A DNA stretch of 64,000 bases from Octopus sinensis (taxonomy: Eukaryota). Where the stretch lies: contig NC_043014.1 in NCBI RefSeq assembly GCF_006345805.1, positions 28,768,001-28,832,000 of the forward strand, read 5' to 3'. A model generated the notes under the pieces. The model had not been told where the DNA came from. It was given only the letters and a program-made list of their open reading frames with translations, and searched no databases. The translations under genes were made by a program, and so were the position numbers. Shown here in pieces: positions 26,950 to 39,985 of this stretch. Positions within the stretch are counted from its first letter, which is position 1. Each line of letters opens with the position of its first letter.

Positions 26950-28650
26950 TACACAGAATGTTTTTCTTTATTCATGTTAACTGTCAAACCTTAATAAAAC
27001 GCCTTAGACTGAAAGCAAATTTCCTGTAGGAATTGCTGCAGCAATTATGAGGCATCATCATTTTTATGTCATGTATAACATTATCTGACCTTCTGTGTAC
27101 AATTTTTGTTTGTCTGGATGTCAAAATCCGATAGAAGTTTTGGTGTACCAGGTTAAGAGCAATTTCTGGTACATGATAGTTTCAAATGTCTGAAATGTAT
27201 CCATATTCTTTACTACAAAGTGGCTTGTGTAAATTGAGATAAATCTTATCATCAGTTCGCTTGTATTTTTTGTGAGCCAACGTTTTGCTGCCTTCCATTT
27301 CTGTTGCAGTATGATGTTTAAGTAGTTTTTCTTCACAAATTGCATGTAGTGTATTACTGAACTTTGTTCTTCCTTCTTACAACCAGAATTGTTAATCAAT
27401 CCTCTCCTATCAATCTTCATGTATAAATGGCTGATATTTCCATTTGGGTGAAACACTCCATGTATAGTCAGGGTTTTTCTCCTTTTTTCCTATCTAATAC
27501 TTCAATTCTCATTTTAGTTCAATTCACTATTCTAGCACCATAACACACAACAGCAATTTTGCATATATTGGTTGCATTTAACAGATGCCTAGAATTAAGT
27601 TCAGGCTTTAATATCTTTGGGTTTCTTTTTCATTCTCATTTCCTTATGCATAATATCATCAAATTCCTGTATATCTTGATACTGGTATCCATTGTCATAA
27701 GGTTCTAAAATATGTCTTTTGATTAGTTTATTCCGTTTAAATAGGTTCTTGTCCTTCTCTCTATGACCAACTATTTTGATATACTTCACTCCTTTCCAAT
27801 ATCACTGCAACACACTTTTACTGTTTAAATAAATGACTTGATCTCACTTTTCAGACTTTGCAAAAAGCTTTCAGTCATGCATGTATTAGCTATTTTAGAG
27901 AGGGTGTTCTTTCTAGTGTGACTTTTCCAAGTGTCATTCAGATTAACACAATAACAAATAACAAGGAGAGCAAACATTACTCTGGAAGATATTTCTTTTA
28001 ACGGCTTCATTTCAGACTAATTTTATGTCCACCAAGATCATTTGTTAGTACATCTTACTACCGCTAAAAATGTTCTGGAGTTTCTTCAGCTGAGCCAAAT
28101 AGTCTAAGTGACTCTGTCATCCAATACCAGAGCACCAAAATCCCCACACCATGCCCAGATACATCTATCGTCACTTGCAGTTCTTCATTGCCATTTAGTC
28201 AATAATCAAGTGGCCTTCAGTTTATTTTCTATGTTTTCTACACCCTTCTGTTTAATGGGCAGAAATTTGATCTGCATCAAATGGTTGTATTTTTCGAAAA
28301 AAATGCAAGGACGCAGACGGTTGTCCTCCAATTTCTTACTACCTTTCCCTTTTATGAATCTTCCATTATTAAAGCATTCTTCCCTCAGCAATCCCTTCTA
28401 ACACGGTTTCTTGGTTAGACATTCTTTCAAACAGAAGCCTTGTATCCCATCTGGTCCTAGAGATTTCTCATTTAGTAGTATCTTTACCTGCGGCAGGATA
28501 TTTTCCTTAGTTATAGAAATAAGTTCTTGTTTCTCTGTCCTTTCAGAGTTTGCTTTGACCGGTTAATTCCATTCTTTGTTTTCATCATACGTAATCAGGC
28601 GTCCAAGATATAAATTGCTTTCCCCGCCGTTGTTGTTAATATTTCTATTT
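26950..28650 (-). pseudogene. older R4/Dong-type RT relic
   Basis: KSLGPDGIQ (~28440), FHPNGNISHLYMK.DRRGLIN (27121-27456); many stops and frameshifts. Confidence 0.65.
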
Positions 28651-29009
28651 CAATTTCTTCTATTTCAATAAATCAAAGAAATTTTACTGTTATGCTTACG
28701 AAATATTTATTCATACCAGTGTAACATTATTATTAACTCCTGCCTGATTCAGTTATTAAGATTCGACTCTGAAGATAGAGCACTTTTAAGATTACAAATT
28801 TTTATATATAGAAAGAAAATAGTTGAGTTTTCTCAAATTTTCTCAATAGATTCCGACTGTTGCTTTAAAAATTGTATGTGTCAGTGTGTATGCATAATTT
28901 TATTATACAAATACATGAGTAGCATGGCTCCATGCATATCTATTTTACTGCAGATACTTTGAATTCTTTCTACCAGGTATCTTTTCAAAGCCATTTTTAT
29001 ACATAAAAC

Positions 29010-29280
29010 ATGCACATACGCATATGTATGTATGTATGTATGGATGGATGGATGGATGCATGCATGCATGTATGTATGTATGTATGTATGTATGTATGTA
29101 TGTATGTATGTATGTATGTATGTATGTATGTATGTATGTATGTATGTATGTATGTATGTATGTATGTATATATGGATGCATGTATGTATGTATGTATCTA
29201 TGTATGTATGTATGTATATATGTATGTATGTATGTATGTATTTATGTATGCATGAATGAATGTATGTACATTTGTGTGTG

Positions 29281-29349
<69 letters not shown>

Positions 29350-29351
29350 TT

Positions 29352-29423
<72 letters not shown>

Positions 29424-29430
29424 TATATAT
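29010..29430. repeat. (TATG)n/(TA)n/(TG)n/(AG)n compound microsatellite
   Basis: Directly visible. Confidence 0.95.
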
Positions 29431-29599
29431 GGAAATCTAGTTATAAATGAAGATAACGTATTGAAATGTTTTTATAAGCAGACAGCAAACTATCAGCACT
29501 TTGATATATTAATCTCTGGCTATCTGCATTTTTTGTGCGTCTCTTGTGCTTTGTGGTATAAAACATAGCAATTGCTCTTTGTTCTGGATGCAAGGTAAA

Positions 29600-31240
29600 C
29601 CAGAACTAAAGTGTTGTGCTTGTATGGCCAACACAACAGTTGGGGTCACTTGCAATCAAATTATATATTACACATTAATCATCCGTAGTTTGTTCCTGGC
29701 TTTAGATACTTGTAGCTTTATTGTGTTTTATTTTTTAACATTTAGTCGTTTTCTAGTATATTACTAGCAGTTGTCTATGCTTTGGCATAGTGCGTTTTGT
29801 GTTGTCTTATTAGGTTTATGATAATGTGTCTCTCTATTCTATAGTTAGTAGTAATTTATTTAATATAATACACTTACATGTGCTATTTGTGAAAATTTAA
29901 TACGCCTAACGTCTGATATGCTTGTTGCATTGTATTTCTGCCTATTGTTCTATGACTGTGTATATTTGTTTGTATGAACACCCGTTGTTGACTAGAGTTT
30001 TTTTTCGGTGAGATTTTTTCATCTAGTGCTTCATTTGTAGAAGAAAGTTTAAATTATCTTCTAAGTAGAGATTATGTTACTGTCATTTTGTATGTGTGGA
30101 CATTGGCTGTCTCCAAGTAAGTATTTATATGTGTGTTTTGTATACATGCATGTGAGGTATCAGTTACTTTCTTTCTGATTGTTTATATAATTACGTCTAA
30201 AAATGGAGTCATTGTATTCCTAAGACTTTTATTTATACTGTTGAATTTTAGAACAGAGTCGTTTTCTGTTCAAGTTTTATTTCTCAAAATCTTCAGCTGT
30301 GTCCAGTGACATTGAATATAACGTCTATATACTAAGTATAAATTATACAATTATTTCTTAGTACCACTTTGCTTTTATTGTGGCTACATAGAGTATCATG
30401 TGTGGAGGTGCATGGCCTAGTGGTTAGAACAGCGGACTCGTGGTCGAGGAATCGCGGGTTCGAATCTCAGACCGGGCGATGTGTGTATTTATGAGCGAAA
30501 TATCTAAGCCCCACGCCGCTCTGGCAGAAGGTAATAGCGAACTTCTGCTGACTCTTTCGCCACAACATTCTCTCACTCTTTCCTCCTGCATCTAGCAGCT
30601 CATCTTCGACAGACCGGCGTCACGTCCAGGTGGGGAACCTATACGCCAAGGAAACCGGAATACTGGCCCTTATGGGCCAGGCGTAGCTCAAGAAGGAACA
30701 AACAACATAGAGTATCGTATACGTAGGCCCTAAAAAAGAAGTCATTCTTCTGCTTATATTATTTGCCTCGTGGATAGCGGAAGAGTACTTCTATTCTACA
30801 AGTAATTAATGTTTTGTTCGATATATTAACCGGGGCGTTTGTACACAAATTAATATGATTTACCTGGTTCCTTCCAATGGAACTTCCTTCTGCTTCGTTC
30901 ATTTTCTTCCAAGATCTCTCACCAACCATTCGCATGAACGTTTACTGCATCATTCCAGTGAATATTGTTTGATAGCATTTGTTGTGTACTAGTGTACCTA
31001 CTAAGTTATAATAAGTATGAAAGTATTTTGTTTGTGTATTTATACCCTTCCATAGATATGTACACGATAAAATAATCCTTCAATGCAGAGAAAATGAGTG
31101 GGTGGAGCTCTTTTTGGTGCCCTTTGTCCTCGTAAATAGTTCAAGGGAGTTGTTACTTTTTTCTTTAGTTTGGTGGGATTATCTTTCTGAATCGTTCACA
31201 GTTTATTTTAAAGATTGAGTAAATTGTAATGCTTGCAATA
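29600..31240 (-). pseudogene. decayed Penelope-like element RT, split by a SINE
   Basis: Ordered minus-strand remnants LGPTY, YIDVIF (cf. YVDDIF), DSVLKF, PFLDV, GDSQCP, LVNNG. Boundaries approximate. Confidence 0.6.
30398..30704 (+). mobile_element. SINE family A with 12-bp TSD
   Basis: TGGCCTAGTGGTTAGA A-box, GGTTCGAATCT B-box; TSD ACATAGAGTATC at 30386-30397 and 30705-30716. Confidence 0.9.
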
Positions 31241-31289
31241 TATATATATATATATATATTTTGAAATCACGAACGAAAACGCTCTATTT

Positions 31290-31600
31290 ATTGTACCACT
31301 CTGATATTTAGAGGTCCTAAGTTATTCAACTGCTTGCCTAAAGAAATCGGAAATATAAAAGGAATGTCTAGGGAAACATTAAAGAGAATATTGGGCAAAC
31401 TCCTGTCGACGATATCGGACCAGCCAAGCAATCAACGATACATTCACAGAAGATCAGCTGCTACAAACTCAAATCATAGACCAACTTCCTACCATATTTG
31501 TTGCCATAAAGTTGCAACAAAATCGATAGAAAATAAGTTAAGGCGGTGCTCCAGCGTGGTCACAATCCTACGACTCAAATCATTAAAGAATAAAAGAATC
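31290..31600 (+). mobile_element. CR1/L2-group LINE 3' end carrying the family-C tail
   Basis: FRGPKLFNCLPKEI.NIKG...LKR.LGKLLSTISDQP...AATNS, then GGCGGTGCTCCAGCGTGGTCAC...AAGAATAAAAGAAT. Confidence 0.7.
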
Positions 31601-31777
31601 TCTATCAACGACTAGGAATACTCTTATATATTACGATGAAGTTGTTATTTTTTTAATAATGCAGAGCTTGCATCAGTTTCATATTGAGTATTTGTCGTTT
31701 GTTATCTTCGAGCTTATTCTTTTCACAGTAACCGCGGAGTAGATCTTGAAATTCATCGTCAATATTTATAGAGATTG

Positions 31778-31990
31778 AGGCTGATGATCTGGCAAAAACT
31801 ATTAGCATGCCGGGCAAAATGCTTAGCGGCATTTCGTCCGCCTTTATGTTCTAAGTTCAAATTCCGCCAAGGTCGACTTCGCCTTTCATCCTTTCGGATT
31901 TTATAAAATAAATACCAGTTGAGCATTGAGGTTGATGTAATCAACTTATCCCCTTCCCGGAAATTGCTGTGCCAATATCTAAAAACAACG
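31778..31990 (+). mobile_element. SINE family B
   Basis: CTGGCAAAAACTATTAGCATGCCGGGCAAAATGCTTAGCGGCATTTCGTCCG...GTCGACTTCGCCTTTCATCCTTTCGG. Confidence 0.85.
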
Positions 31991-32269
31991 TTTATAAGGA
32001 TTTATATCTAAGATTTTCGAAGTCTTGGTAGATAAATTTCAACTTTATTCCCTTATAGTCAATTTCTGGCAATCGTCTCTACAAAAGCCTTTTAATCTAT
32101 TTAAAAGAAAGCAAGGCATGACATCTCTCCAACGTGACGATGAGACTATGAAAGCCTTGAAACGTTGATATGGATTTTAGAAGGAAAAAAAAACTAGAAA
32201 GCAACTACTAAATTAAAAATGTGAATCTAAAAGACAGATTGGAAAGCTAGGACTGAACAACAAATAAAT

Positions 32270-32590
32270 ATTTATTTTACTTGTTTCAGTCATTTGACTG
32301 CAGCCATGCTGGAACATCCCCTTGAAGTGTTTCTGACCCCAGGACTTATTCTATCATACTCTTTGCCGAACCTTTAAGTTACGGGGAAGTAAACGCACCA
32401 ATACCAGTTGTCAGGTGATGATGGGAAACAAACACAGATACAAAGATACACACACACACCCACACATATTCGGCGAGTTTCTTCCAGTTTCCGTCTGCCA
32501 AATCCACTTACCAGGCTTTGGTCGGCCCGAAGCTATAACAGTAGACACTCACCCAAGGTGCCACCCAGTGGGACTGAACCTGGAGCTATT
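32270..32590 (-). mobile_element. SINE family C (5'-truncated)
   Basis: Reverse complement of the body and tail of 15211-15615. Confidence 0.8.
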
Positions 32591-32619
32591 TAGTTGTGCT
32601 TAAGAGGTCTAAATGTGCT

Positions 32620-33395
32620 AATATTCTGCATAGAAAGAGTAATCAGAACATCCGAGAAAACCACCCCATAGGTACGAACAGGAAGGAAATGGAAAGCGGA
32701 AGCAGTAAATAGGACGATCGGAAAGCTAAGGCATGCCGATATAGTCGGAGCGACGCAAGAAGCAGTGGTACACGAAGTGAGAAAAGAGGGAAAAGAAAGT
32801 CTAAATGTACATTTGGTGCAATGTAGTCAACAGGGACAGTACCTGATATGGGAGGAATATGTGGTCAGTCGCAGAATCTCATGGAAAGAAATTTGGGCTT
32901 GGGAACAAGCAAAAACGTCCTTCCTCAGTTTAGTCGTGATGAATGTAGATGCGGAGAGAAAGCGACGGTGAGACATGTTCTTTCATACTGCAGGCTAGCA
33001 CTAAGACAGATATACATGGCGTCATAATCAGGTACTCGGTGTCATAAGCGCAGCACTCAAAAAGATCGAGGGGAGAGTAACTAAAAGTGAAAAAACGCGT
33101 AAGGATATACTTCCAGAAGGAGGGAAAAGGACATAAGACCAGGCCTTCAAAAAAAGCATACAAAACAGACGAAAGATGGAAGGGATACTGGAAGCTGGCC
33201 GTGGATTTAGAAAGGCTGTTAGTATTTTCACTTATAAAACAACAAGTTTTTCACTCATAAAACAGCAAATGGTGACGTTATTTAAAAGAAGGTTTGCATT
33301 TTCAAGCTCAGAGCATACAAGAGGCAATCGACAAAGCCAAATGAAACGAGAAGAGCCGAAATGGCTTGAAAGCCATAACATGCCAACTGGGAAAT
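32620..33395 (+). pseudogene. HERO-like RLE non-LTR element, C-terminal relic
   Basis: VRTGRKWKA..VN..I.KLRHADIVG, QQG...WE...RRISWKEIW and CRCGEKATVRHVLSYC..AL/YTWRHNQVL (CCHC knuckle + RHN); clade assigned from recalled motifs. Confidence 0.7.
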
Positions 33396-33999
33396 AGCAT
33401 CGCTAGGTGAGGCTAGCTGGCACTTAAACAGCGTTGCTGCTTGACAGGTGGGCCAAGGGAACCATCTCATTCATTGCGCGCCCTCTTCTCCGATAGTTCG
33501 AAGGTTTGTACCACCAGACAGCTAGTCGGCTCAGGTCGCTGAAACTAAAACTAACACGTCTCCGTTGGAAGGTAGGTTTAGAGAGGGCGCAGGCCAAAAC
33601 TACGCGCCCTGTCGCTCCATTGGTCTGTTGAAGCTTAGATTATGTTACGTGACAGTTAGCTGGCCTGGCTGCTGGAGCTTACCGGCGATTATTTAAAGGG
33701 AAATTAGACAGGGTGGTTATTCGCCCGATGACATTCGTTGAAGCTGCATCGAAGAAACCAACGGACAAAAGGCCAAAGAAAAAAGAAAAAAATGCACTCA
33801 GCACCAGAGCTGAAGACACCTCCGAAAGAGGTGGGGACACCACGTCGAAAACAGTAGAGGAGTAGGGGCCGAAACTGGACGTGGTTCTTTCTGATGATAT
33901 CCTTAGCCACTGGATCCTATAAAGGCGTTGTTGAGGTAGCAAACCACGAAATGTAGTTGGAATTCCTCAACAGAAAGAGTAAACGTACGAGAGGATATA

Positions 34000-34830
34000 T
34001 AATTATGAAAACTCAGTGCAGCTAGATTTCAGGTTTCCTCGTTCTTGTCTGGTTCAAATGACCATCTTTCAAAGTCATCTTATTAAAGTTTGCACTTCCC
34101 ATAGAGCATCACTATATCAATATGCAATGAATGATGAAATTGTTTAGAATCTAGTCTTATATGTAGTTAGTGTTTCGCCTGTAGTACCAGTATTCTGTCC
34201 ACTCAATCATCATTGCTCTCTTATATTCTGGATTATCGAAGAAATATCTGACAGCTAGATTGTTATATAGCTGTGTATGTTTGTTTGTTTGTTAGACTAC
34301 CCGTTGTTGATTAGTTTAAAAAAAAACTGGATACAGTGTTTATCTTAGGATATGCACAAAACTTAACAGTTCCCCTGAACAAATCTTGCCAGAGGATAAA
34401 TGTTGCTGATAGCCATTTTATTATTTCACTATTTTGTCTGAATGATACTGAACGAAGCTAGACAAACAAAAATAATGCAGGATTTAAATGTTACATACTT
34501 CACATTTCCATGGTTATTATTGTTATATTTTTGTGGCATTTGAAACTAGAAACATCTCTATAAACACGCAAAAAGATATACCGATAAGTATGATGAGACA
34601 GTTTATAGAATACTACTAATTTATGTTTTTTACTTATATATATATATATAAATTTATTAGGACTACGAACCGTTCGACAATTTGTATAATGAATTGTATT
34701 GTTCACTTTTGTTCTGTATAAAGTTGTGGATATAGTACGTATTGTGACACCAATCGTGATATGCGAAGACTTTAAAATGTTACGGTTATGATCCTTTTCG
34801 TCAACAAGTGCAAAGAAACTTCTGATTGAA
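34000..34830 (-). pseudogene. possible second Penelope-like relic
   Basis: CCCGTTGTTGA(T/C)TAG is shared with 29981 (LINNG*SN on minus); otherwise heavily decayed. Confidence 0.35.
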
Positions 34831-34838
34831 AACATGCA

Positions 34839-34911
<73 letters not shown>

Positions 34912-35936
34912 GGGTGCTTGCTATGCATATTGTTTCGTTTGCTGAAGAGGTCGATATTTGAAATCGGACGAAACTTAAACTTGTTATGAAAGGAATAAAT
35001 ATTTTAAGTATGTTCCTTTTCTTTTCTATTTTTTTTTTTTTTTTGCTTTGTCTTTTGAATTGCAGAAAATAAGATGTAATACGATACGTTACAAAATTAG
35101 CATTGAGCGCGTCTTTTGTGGGCATACATTGAAGTTTTTCCCGATGTACAATGGTATAACTTACGAAATACGTTATGTATATATATTTGTTTCCCATATT
35201 CCATTGTTTTCTACAAGAGAATGGTCAGCATTTGGAATTATCGTTGATGGCTAATGACAAAAAATAACATAAAATCTGGTTTACATGAAAAGATTGCGAT
35301 ATCAGCTGACCAGCTTTATACGTCATGTTTATACGATAATCATTAATAAATTTTTATCACATTGCATCATTATGATTTATTGCACAATTTTAAGACTATT
35401 ATAATGACGAACTGTATACATTGTGCATAAAGCAAAATCACACCCAGTTGCAAAGACCCATATGAAAAGATATGCTGACTAGATTATGTATACAAAGCTT
35501 CTAATAGTATCTTGATCTTGTTGTTGATGAAAGCCATCTTCACGCAGCCAGAATTAGCTTCTAAATATTCATTAATTCACAGCATTAATAATAGTGTAAT
35601 AAGTGTGTGACATTATTACAAAACAACAGATAAGAAAAATCGGCCGGTCGCAGTTGTAATGAGTTTCATCAAATGTCTGCTCGGTCAGGGCTGATGGGAT
35701 GAGGGAGTGATATACAAAGAGACGGATAGTTACGGCTGAAGGTCTTTCGTAATAGGTCTTCACAATTAGGGCTGAACTGTAGCTAAACGACAAGTATAAA
35801 TGTTTTCAGGACTTCTTTAGACCAAACACAACAGCGTTGCTGCTTGAAATATTGGGATCCACTCCGACGTTAAATGTATGGATGTATGGATGTATGGATG
35901 GATGTATGGATGTATATATTTATATGTATGTATGTA

Positions 35937-35974
<38 letters not shown>

Positions 35975-36004
35975 TGTGTAGCATATCATGTTATATTCCT
36001 TATT

Positions 36005-37245
36005 AGCTGCCATAGATCGCTAAAATGTTGCTAGAGTAACACTTTTGCTACTCTGAAGCGGGGGGAAAAGTGTAAATTGTAGGGTTATAGAATTGCCAAA
36101 CGGAGAGAGAATGGATGACTCGGATGATGATGGGTACAAGTATTTTGGGATCATGGAGCTGGACAATTGCTTGCACAGAGAAATGAAAGACAATTTCACC
36201 ACTGGATATTTCAAGCACATCAAACTTCTCTTGAAATCGAAGCTCAACTCAAGGAACCTTGTGACTGCCATCAACATATGGGCTGCTGCTGTAGTCCGCT
36301 ATAGTGCACCCATCCTGAGATGGACACAAGCGGAGACTAACCAGCTCGATCGCACCACCCGAAAGACAATGACGATACATGGTGCCCTCCACCCTAACGC
36401 AAATGTACACAGGCTCTACATGATGAGACGTAAGAGTGGACGTGGGCTGATTAGCGTACGGGAGTGCATCATCAGTGAAAGAAGAAACATGGCAGAATAT
36501 TTGGTAACTAGCAAAGAAGACTTGCTACAGTATGCTGCTAGTGCAGAAGGAGTTAACAAAAATGGACTTGAGAGTGCTCATGAATTTGAAACAAGAACAG
36601 CCAGCGAGAGAGAAGAAGCCCTACTCCGTATGGAATTATATGGTCAGTTCCACTGTGAAACTAACAACTTAAATGACCAGGAAGCATCTTGGAGATGGCT
36701 CAACAAGGGTGACCTAAAAAAGATTGCTGAAAGCCTAATCATCGCGATCCAGGACCAAGCATTGAATACCAACTCAGTGAAAAAGAATATGAACCACACA
36801 AGTGCATCGGACCTCTGCAAAATGTGTGGGAAGAGGGTCGAAAGTGTGACTCGTCCTGTCAGTGCTAGGGAAAGTCTTGCGCAGAAAGAGTACAAGGGTA
36901 GACACCTCAAAGTAGCCCAAAACCTCCTCTGGCTACTAAGCCGTAAATATGGATATGAGGTTACGAGTGCTTGGTGCCAACATATACCGGAAAAGGTAAT
37001 GGACGAAAAGAGGAAGGCAATAATTTCTGGGACTGTGGTTTCCAGACAGATAAAGTGTTAGAGCACCGAAGGCTGGATATAGTAACTTTTAGGAGGGAAA
37101 AACAAGAGTGCCTAATAATCGTCGTAGCAGTGCCAGGAGATCAACACATCATGAAAGAAAGAAAAAAAGTTGATAAATATAGAGACCTGAGAATTGAGAT
37201 CGCTAAGATGTGGCAGCTACGAGAGTCGAACATAAAGTGTTTGTT
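36005..37245 (+). pseudogene. R4/Dong-type element, RT C-terminus + knuckle + RLE
   Basis: ORF 36093-37061 YKYFGI, SKLNSRNLVTAINIW, LHP.ANVHRLY..R.SGRGLIS, AIQDQALNT, CKMC...LAQKEYKGRH; frameshift into FWD..FQTDK...RRLDIV...VAVPGD...KVDKYRDL. Confidence 0.9.
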
Positions 37246-37439
37246 ATCCAGAAACTACAACGCAATCATTCTTAAAAGTGGGGCTAATCCTGCCTGCCTC
37301 TATTCTTGTATAACCAATGAAATAATTCACCTCCTCATCTCTGGATGCTTCCTGCTTACTTGAAATGGATATATTAATCGCCGTGATAGACTTGGTCAGT
37401 ATTTGCGGTCAATTTTTTTGAGAAAAAAAAACTGGTAGG

Positions 37440-37950
37440 GAACATTAACTGATAAAAGCGGTAGAAAATTAAGTTATCACCATTCTTTGGGGCTTTAACA
37501 TTTAAACTAAATGAAATACTCAGACCAATAGACTAGATATTGTGGCAAAATATCACACTGACAAAGCATGTTTGCTCATAGATATGTCAAACAATGCAAA
37601 CTGCAGCACTTCTGTAAAAGTATTTGAAAAGTTAAATAAATACAAGGACCTTGAAATAGAGGCCTCAACAATGTGGCATTTAAAAAAAGACTACCTCTGA
37701 TAATCGGAGCTTTGGGGATAAAAACAAATGGCGCTCTTTAAATATTATGGCCAAATACCAAGAAACGGTAAAGTATCAGAACTACAAAATTCGTTCTTAT
37801 GGGTACTGCTGACATTCTAAGAAAAACATTGTCAGTCTGAATATCTCCGATTCTCTAATAACTCTTTCAAAACTGAAATATTACAAATTTAACCGAATTT
37901 TAGTTCTCAAACTTTGGCTTCCTTCCTATAAATTATATCATTGCTAATTA
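37440..37950 (+). mobile_element. decayed R4/Dong-type 3' fragment
   Basis: NRLDIV..CLLID, FEKLNKYKDLEIE..TMW, IIGALG, MGTADILRKTLSV* remnants. Confidence 0.75.
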
Positions 37951-39466
37951 TAAATAACACCCGTAGTAAAACGTCCAAATTGCTGTTGGTTGAAACCTTC
38001 GGGCGAGACTAGGGATTGCTTGTATAAAGAAAGTAACAACAATAACAAAAACACTACTACTGCTGCTTCTGCTACTGATGATGATGGTGATGATGAATAT
38101 GATGATGATGATGATGATGACGACGACGACGATGAAGATGACGATGATTGCTATCAGAAGCATGAAGCCAAAAATTTAGGGAGAGAGGAATGTTCAGTTA
38201 CATAAGTATAAAGTCAATAGTCAATATATTCACCGAATGAATTTAATAAATCAGTGTTTCAGAATTAAAAGTTATGTAGCATAATATTTGGCGAAATAAT
38301 TTCCACAAACAAGATACAGTGCTGAGAGTGCTGACTGTTGAAAGATAACAACATTAAAATAAATATTCTATTTTATGCTTGGAAACTCATTATGTTCCCA
38401 TTTAATTCGACTGAAAGTATTGATGTGTAACTCCTGGCTGTCCATTGCACTCAAAGTTTTGAAAATGTAGACACATGTAATACAAATATATAAAACTGAA
38501 GTAAACTACAGTACAAAATTATTTCTATGAAATTTGTTTAATAGAGTTTTTAATCAATATGAAATTATACAAACTTAGAAGTAGAGAAGGCAAAAAAACA
38601 ATTGAACTCCTTTGAAGGAATTCATTCGATGTCACTTCGGTTTAATATTCGGGTAAACTATATTCAAATGTTATGGATATGTTATAAATGTGTTGATATC
38701 CCTTGGAAGAAAGATAAATTCCTCATTAGTAGATAGAAAACAGGCAAACAAATAGAGAGACAGGTAAATATATAGAGATAGACACAGAGAGACAGAGAGA
38801 AAGATAGATAGATAGATCGATAGATAGAGGGTGAGAGAGAGAGAGAGGTGTGAGAAATAACAAAGGAAATATGTCATACAGCCTGGAAGACACGTTTTAG
38901 ACGTAAACCCTTAAACGGCGGGAAACGGTTCCATGAATGATTGCTAAACAGGCAAAATACAAAAATTATCTCCTTTTCTCAAGGGTAATTTTCTTACTTG
39001 TTTTTACGTTAAGTTCAAAATTATAATATTTGTTAGTTTCTCGCACAATAAAATTTACAAACACATGATCAAAAAGTGCCGTAAAATATTGACTTTCTTT
39101 TGATGATGGCCGTATCTATATGAAATTTTTGAAAAATCAATTGAAATGTCCTTTAAGGGTTATTATGTTGTGGGCGTTTGTTTGAGGGATTCAGGTTGTG
39201 CACATTTTACAGACCAGTGTTTATGTTGCAACCCATCTTTTCTAATGTAGGCTGTTAAAGGCAAGAAATGTTGCTCCTTCCACTGTAAACATCGTAAATG
39301 CGTCCATCTGGATTAATTTTAGAGAGCTGAATATGTTATATGAAGTATTTATCCATGGTAAATAGGTGTGTTCCATGATTTTTTCATACTATGCTCTTTC
39401 TAGTCAATGGCTCTTCATTCTATAAAAATAAAAATAATAATATTAATAATAATAATGATGATGATG

Positions 39467-39531
<65 letters not shown>

Positions 39532-39532
<1 letters not shown>

Positions 39533-39935
39533 TGGCTTCTGATCTTAACTGATTGGAAGTGTTATCATGTACATTGTTTTGTCTTGGTATAAAAGATGGG
39601 CTACAGCAAATATTCTGCTCAATACCACAGATTTGCTTGTCAGTTGTTTGACCTTAACCAGTTGAGCATGTCCCTTAGTGGCTGACGATATGTGCATCTC
39701 TGATCACGAGCAGAAGTAGTGGGGGAGCATCATAGCCATGTGTTGAGAGGGATTCTTTGGGGTTTGAATAATTCACCTCTGGAAACATGGGTGGTTCTTT
39801 CAACATCCTTAAACAACCCTTAGTCAGGGACCTTTTGAGCGGGATGGGCTACTCAACCTGAAGAAAATTGGGTATATTGGGCTTTGTATATTTTACCCCA
39901 GTGTCACTTTGATGGCATGAACTGCTCTCTCACTC

Positions 39936-39937
<2 letters not shown>
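39532..39937 (+). mobile_element. (TAA)n-embedded ~0.55-kb element (copy 4; short 5' truncation, internal deletion)
   Basis: Colinear with copy 5 but jumps from GAAGAAAATT to GGGTATATTGGGC; (TAA)n on both sides. Confidence 0.85.

Positions 39938-39984
<47 letters not shown>

Positions 39985-39985
<1 letters not shown>

Noticed and set aside
36093-37061. 322-aa ORF as a functional or domesticated gene
   Set aside because: No ATG start, RT catalytic core absent, knuckle His/Cys substituted, frameshift before the nuclease.
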